DNA of 39,832 nucleotides from an uncultured Bacilli bacterium (GTDB lineage Bacteria; Bacillota_I; Bacilli_A; RF39; UBA660): NCBI GenBank assembly GCA_947631515.1, contig CANRLP010000003.1, positions 1 to 39,832 of the forward strand, read 5' to 3'. Shown piece by piece: positions 36,311 to 39,832 of this stretch (position 1 is its first letter; each line of letters starts with the position of its first letter). The notes under the pieces were generated by a model. It saw only the letters and a program-made list of their open reading frames with translations, ran no database searches and was not told where the DNA came from. The position numbers and the translations under genes were made by a program.

Positions 36311-37950
36311 TTTCTTTTTTCTCCATTCATAATTAGATTTTCCTCCAAATTTAATGGATATTTCCTAATTAAGTCATTAATATCGATATTATATTTTTTC
36401 TTTAATACACCTGGCTGCTTTCCAAATATTGAATTTAATTTTTCATCTATTACTAATGATATATTTAATTCATTTAAATATTGTATTAAAGCATAGTTTT
36501 GGGATGGAGAAGTCAGTAAAAATGAGGTAGTCAAGAATCTATCAATATTATAATATTCTGCAATTTGAATAGTTATAGATAATTTAGAAATCATCGATTT
36601 ACTTTTTGCTACGATTGATGAAGTCAATAACTTTTTAAATCTATCTTCTTTCCAACATTCCATTTTCAATAATTGTTGAATATCTCTCAATTTAGCATGA
36701 GCTAGTGTTTGAGACGTGAATAGTTCTGGATGACTTTTAAATTCTTTGCTTTGAATAATTTTTTGAATTTCCTCAAATTTAGCAAGAGCAAGTGTTGTTG
36801 ATGTAAATAGTTCTGGATGATTATTAAATTCCTCACTTCGGATAATTCTTTGAATCTCTTCCAATTTAGCAAGAGCAAGTGTTGTTGATGTAAATAGTTC
36901 TGGATGACTTTTAAATTCTTCACTTTGGATAATTCTTTGAATCTCTTCCAATTTAGCATAAGCTAAAGTTTCTGATGTAAATAGTTCTGGATGACTTTTA
37001 AATTCCTCACTTTGAATAATTTTTTGAATATCATCCAATTTAGCATAAGCAAGTGTTGTTGATGTAAATAGTTCTGGATGATTATTAAATTCCTTACTTT
37101 GAGTAATTCTTTGAATCTCTTCCAATTTAGTATGGGCTAAAGTTGAAGATGTAAATAGTTCCGGATGACTTTTAAATTCTTTACTTTGAATAATTTTTTG
37201 AATCTCCTCAAATTTAGCATAAGCTAAAGTTTCTGATGTAAATAGTTCCGGATATTCATTAAATTCTTTACTTTGAATAATTTTTTGAATCTCTTCAAAT
37301 TTAGCATGAGCTAAAGTTTCTGATGTAAATAGTTCTGGATGTTCTTTAAATTCTTTGCTTTGAATAATTTTTTGAATCTCCTCAAATTTAGCATGAGTAA
37401 GTGTTGTTGATGTAAATAGTTCCGGATGCTCTTTGAATTCTTTGCTTTGAATAAGCTTTTGAATCTCTTCAAATTTAGCATTATTCCAATTAACTCCGAT
37501 TGCCACGGAAAGATTTGCTGTTTTATCATAAAATGGTATGTTTAAATTTTCCACGTCTACAATTATTTTTTTGGGAACAGATAATATACTTGATATTTTA
37601 TTAATAATATTTTCATTATAATTATTTTTTACATAATTATAAGTATCTATTAAATCATTAGGTTCTGAAGATAGAACATGTAAGCAAGATTCAATGTTAT
37701 CAAAAACTATATTTTGACGTTTTAAAAAACTTACATTATATTTAATATTAGCAACATTTCTGTATAAAATACTTGGACATTTCTCAATACTACTTGGAGC
37801 AATCAATAATTCATTAATTAAATAATTTAATGTTTCATCTATATTTTGATATTCCCCTAATTTTAAAATATTATTGTTTTTATTAACAATTTTTTCAGCA
37901 TTTAATTTGTATTTTTCACATAGCATTTTTAAAGTATATTGTTCTATCAT
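36307..37950 (-). CDS. helical tandem-repeat protein (nine 29-aa repeats; mTERF-like flanks)
   Basis: Repeat consensus (F/L)EEIQ(K/R)IIQS(K/E)EFxxHPELFTSxTLAxAK spans residues 160-420. The N-terminal region has IEKCPSILYRNVANIKYNVSFL-type units. RBS AGGTGA. Confidence 0.85.
   Translation of the reverse strand: MIEQYTLKMLCEKYKLNAEKIVNKNNNILKLGEYQNIDETLNYLINELLIAPSSIEKCPSILYRNVANIKYNVSFLKRQNIVFDNIESCLHVLSSEPNDLIDTYNYVKNNYNENIINKISSILSVPKKIIVDVENLNIPFYDKTANLSVAIGVNWNNAKFEEIQKLIQSKEFKEHPELFTSTTLTHAKFEEIQKIIQSKEFKEHPELFTSETLAHAKFEEIQKIIQSKEFNEYPELFTSETLAYAKFEEIQKIIQSKEFKSHPELFTSSTLAHTKLEEIQRITQSKEFNNHPELFTSTTLAYAKLDDIQKIIQSEEFKSHPELFTSETLAYAKLEEIQRIIQSEEFKSHPELFTSTTLALAKLEEIQRIIRSEEFNNHPELFTSTTLALAKFEEIQKIIQSKEFKSHPELFTSQTLAHAKLRDIQQLLKMECWKEDRFKKLLTSSIVAKSKSMISKLSITIQIAEYYNIDRFLTTSFLLTSPSQNYALIQYLNELNISLVIDEKLNSIFGKQPGVLKKKYNIDINDLIRKYPLNLEENLIMNGEKRK
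36691..37473 (-). repeat. intragenic tandem repeat, 9 x 87 bp
   Basis: GATGTAAATAGTTC(T/C)GGAT-type cores recur every 87 bp on the + strand, with no unique spacers. Confidence 0.95.
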
Positions 37951-37986
37951 TTTCTCACCTTTTTATTACTAAATTTATTATAGCTT

Positions 37987-38015
37987 ATTATACTAAAGGA
38001 TTGTTTTTATTGCAA
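37987..38015 (-). promoter_or_regulatory. sigma-A promoter for the repeat-protein operon
   Basis: Minus strand TTGCAA-N17-TATAAT. Confidence 0.65.
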
Positions 38016-38040
38016 TTTGTTTGGAAAATCACATAAATAA

Positions 38041-38070
38041 GTATAACATTATTATTTATTTATCAAACTA
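38041..38070 (+). promoter_or_regulatory. putative SigG-type promoter upstream of ligD
   Basis: GTATA-N18-CAAACTA, followed by RBS GAGGT. Confidence 0.5.
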
Positions 38071-38087
38071 ATAGTGAGGTATATATT

Positions 38088-39500
38088 ATGAAGAAGTTAG
38101 AAAAATATAATCAAAAAAGAGATTTTAAAAAAACTAAAGAACCGTTTGGTAAAGAAATAACTAAAAAGAGTAAAAAATTACATTTTGCCGTACAATATCA
38201 TTTAGCGCGTAAGGATCATTATGACTTTCGTTTGGAATATGATGGTGTTTTAAAAAGTTGGGCCATACCAAAAGGACCTTCCTACAATCCAAAAGATAAA
38301 AGATTAGCTGTACAAGTAGAAGATCATCCTTATTCTTATCGTAATTTTGAAGGTATTATTCCTAAAGGTGAATATGGTGGTGGAACTGTCATGCTTTGGG
38401 ATGAAGGGTATTATGAAATTATCGAGGATACGACACACGGTTTAAAAAAAGGTTCGATCAAATTTATTTTACATGGTAAGAGACTAAAAGGCCATTGGAC
38501 CCTTGTGTATTTTAAAGAAGATAATTGGCTATTAATTAAAGAAAAAGATGAAGTAAAAGGTTTTAAGGATATAAATGAATATAATACAAGTGTTAAAACG
38601 GGTCGAACGATTGAGGAAATAGAAGAGGGTAAAGCTAAAAAAAGAAAGCAAAGTAATAAAAAAACAAGTACTATTAAGCTTACTAATCCCGATAAAGTAA
38701 TTTTTTTAAAACCTAAAATTACCAAACAAGATATTTTTAAGTACTATGAAAAAGTTAGTGAAAGAATGCTTCCTTTTGTAGAAAATAGGATTTTAAGTAC
38801 GATTCGGTGCCCGGATGGTGTAAATGGCGAATGCTTTTTTAAAAAACATTTAGAAGAAAATAAAAATGGTTTAGGAAAAATAAAATTACCTAGTGATAAA
38901 GGTCATAAAGAAGATTATTACTATATTAAAGATGCTTCGGGTATTTTAGGAGAAGTTCAAATGAATGGGTATGAATTTCATGTTTGGGGAAGTAATGTCA
39001 CTCATTTAAACCATCCTGATTTTTTGGTTTTTGATTTAGATCCTGATGAAGGTATGAGTATTAATAAAATTCGTCAAGGAGTTAAAGATTTAAAAAGTAT
39101 TTTAGATGAGTTACATTTAACTAGTTTTTTAAAAACAAGTGGAGGTAAAGGCTACCATGTAGTTGTTCCAATCCATCAAATAAAAACATGGTCAAAATTT
39201 CGGGAAGTAGCTAAAAATGTCGCCGAAATTATGGAAGCTAAATGGCCAGATAGATATGTTTCTAATGTTCGTAAGAATAAAAGAAAAGGTAAAATTTTTA
39301 TTGACTGGATTCGCAATACTAAAGGTGCTACTAGTGTGGCTCCCTATTCTTTAAGAACTAAAAAGAAAGCAGCGGTATCTATGCCTATTAGATGGAGCGA
39401 ATTGGATAAAGTAAAACCTAATGAAATTACGATGGAAGAAGCTATCAAGCGTTTAAAAAGAAAAGATCCTTGGGAAAACTTCTTTTTAATAGACCAATAA
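38088..39500 (+). CDS. ligD: LigD-like protein with 3'-phosphoesterase and primase-polymerase domains, lacking the ligase domain
   Basis: PE domain: VQYHLARKDHYDFRLE..GVLKSWAIPKGPS, VEDHP, GEYGGG. POL domain: LTNPDKV, RCPDG, FFKKH, VFDLDP, KTSGGKGYHV, IFIDW.RN, VAPYSLR. Only a short linker separates them, with no KxDG ligase domain. Confidence 0.9.
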   Translation: MKKLEKYNQKRDFKKTKEPFGKEITKKSKKLHFAVQYHLARKDHYDFRLEYDGVLKSWAIPKGPSYNPKDKRLAVQVEDHPYSYRNFEGIIPKGEYGGGTVMLWDEGYYEIIEDTTHGLKKGSIKFILHGKRLKGHWTLVYFKEDNWLLIKEKDEVKGFKDINEYNTSVKTGRTIEEIEEGKAKKRKQSNKKTSTIKLTNPDKVIFLKPKITKQDIFKYYEKVSERMLPFVENRILSTIRCPDGVNGECFFKKHLEENKNGLGKIKLPSDKGHKEDYYYIKDASGILGEVQMNGYEFHVWGSNVTHLNHPDFLVFDLDPDEGMSINKIRQGVKDLKSILDELHLTSFLKTSGGKGYHVVVPIHQIKTWSKFREVAKNVAEIMEAKWPDRYVSNVRKNKRKGKIFIDWIRNTKGATSVAPYSLRTKKKAAVSMPIRWSELDKVKPNEITMEEAIKRLKRKDPWENFFLIDQ

Positions 39501-39545
39501 TTGGAGTTTTATGCTATGATAAATAAGTAAAAAAGGAAAGTTTTT

Positions 39546-39806
39546 ATGAAAAATATTGAAGAATTAATTAATAATACAATACATAATAATGAATTAGTTA
39601 AAATAAATGATAAATTATATTTAACGAAAGAACAAATGGCCATATTAGATGTTAATCATATAAATTATCAATCATGTTCTTCGATTACGGAAATTTTGCT
39701 ATTAATTGAAGATATTTTAAGTACTGAACCCGACGATTTTGATGATTTGGATGAAGTTGCCAAATCTTTACAAGAATTTCAATATTATCATTATACAAAT
39801 AAGTAA
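39546..39806 (+). CDS. small acidic hypothetical protein
   Basis: RBS AAGGA, upstream TG-c-TATGAT, and a terminator-like AGAAATGG..CCGTTTCT followed by Ts at 39806-39832. Confidence 0.7.
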   Translation: MKNIEELINNTIHNNELVKINDKLYLTKEQMAILDVNHINYQSCSSITEILLLIEDILSTEPDDFDDLDEVAKSLQEFQYYHYTNK

Positions 39807-39832
39807 GAAATGGGCAATAACCGTTTCTTTTT

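Noticed and set aside
36691-37473. 87-bp periodic repeats as a CRISPR array
   Set aside because: The units are contiguous with no unique spacers, the period is a multiple of 3 inside an open ORF, and no cas genes are present.
36702-37529. Alternate-frame ORFs 36702..36959 and 37311..37529 with repeated 'NYLHQQHLL'
   Set aside because: These are shifted-frame shadows of the repeat gene and are interrupted by stops in some units.
174-38725. Short antisense or overlapping ORFs in the track (e.g. 174..395, 513..734, 1155..1337, 1883..2197, 7374..7637, 9316..9504, 9520..9714, 13609..13800, 15200..15382, 18619..18912, 21771..21977, 25467..25754, 27020..27208, 27807..27992, 29653..29865, 32836..33033, 33355..33750, 38411..38725)
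   Set aside because: They overlap well-supported genes, have atypical composition, and show no recognisable motifs.
1-39832. A complete DGR (RT, Avd, template repeat) or a prophage/IS element in the window
   Set aside because: I saw no RT motif, no AAC-rich copy of 1155-1288, and no integrase, transposase or phage structural gene by eye.

Overview
A 39.8 kb, very AT-rich chromosomal segment using the standard genetic code (TGA is a stop, Trp is TGG). Gene content and style suggest a reduced-genome Bacilli/Firmicutes gut bacterium, possibly RF39-like (inference only). Most of the window is housekeeping: a ClpC-like ATPase, gltX, cysS, a small alarmone synthetase, rubrerythrin, T-box-controlled pheST, an OmpR-family two-component system, pduL, dusB, a MacB-type ABC fusion, PadR with a DUF1700 protein, tRNA-Asn and tRNA-His. 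Seven observations stand out. (1) A 547-aa helical-repeat protein has mTERF-like flanks and nine near-identical 29-aa repeats that vary mainly at an i/i+4 residue pair; it is a candidate TALE/PUF-like modular nucleic-acid reader and is coupled to a small partner gene. (2) A 5'-truncated membrane-anchored protein has an in-frame poly-G tract and a GC-rich, DGR variable-region-like C-terminus, but I saw no RT or TR in the window. (3) An orphan R-STS-QxE ADP-ribosyltransferase lies between pduL and dusB. (4) A LexA-box-preceded radical SAM/DUF4130 DNA-repair pair is translationally coupled to a divergent GroEL paralog with no adjacent GroES. (5) A LigD lacks its ligase domain (phosphoesterase + polymerase only). 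(6) SigG-like promoters precede ligD and clpC. (7) There is a candidate two-component-regulated small RNA. All protein calls come from motif recognition by eye; no database searches were run.
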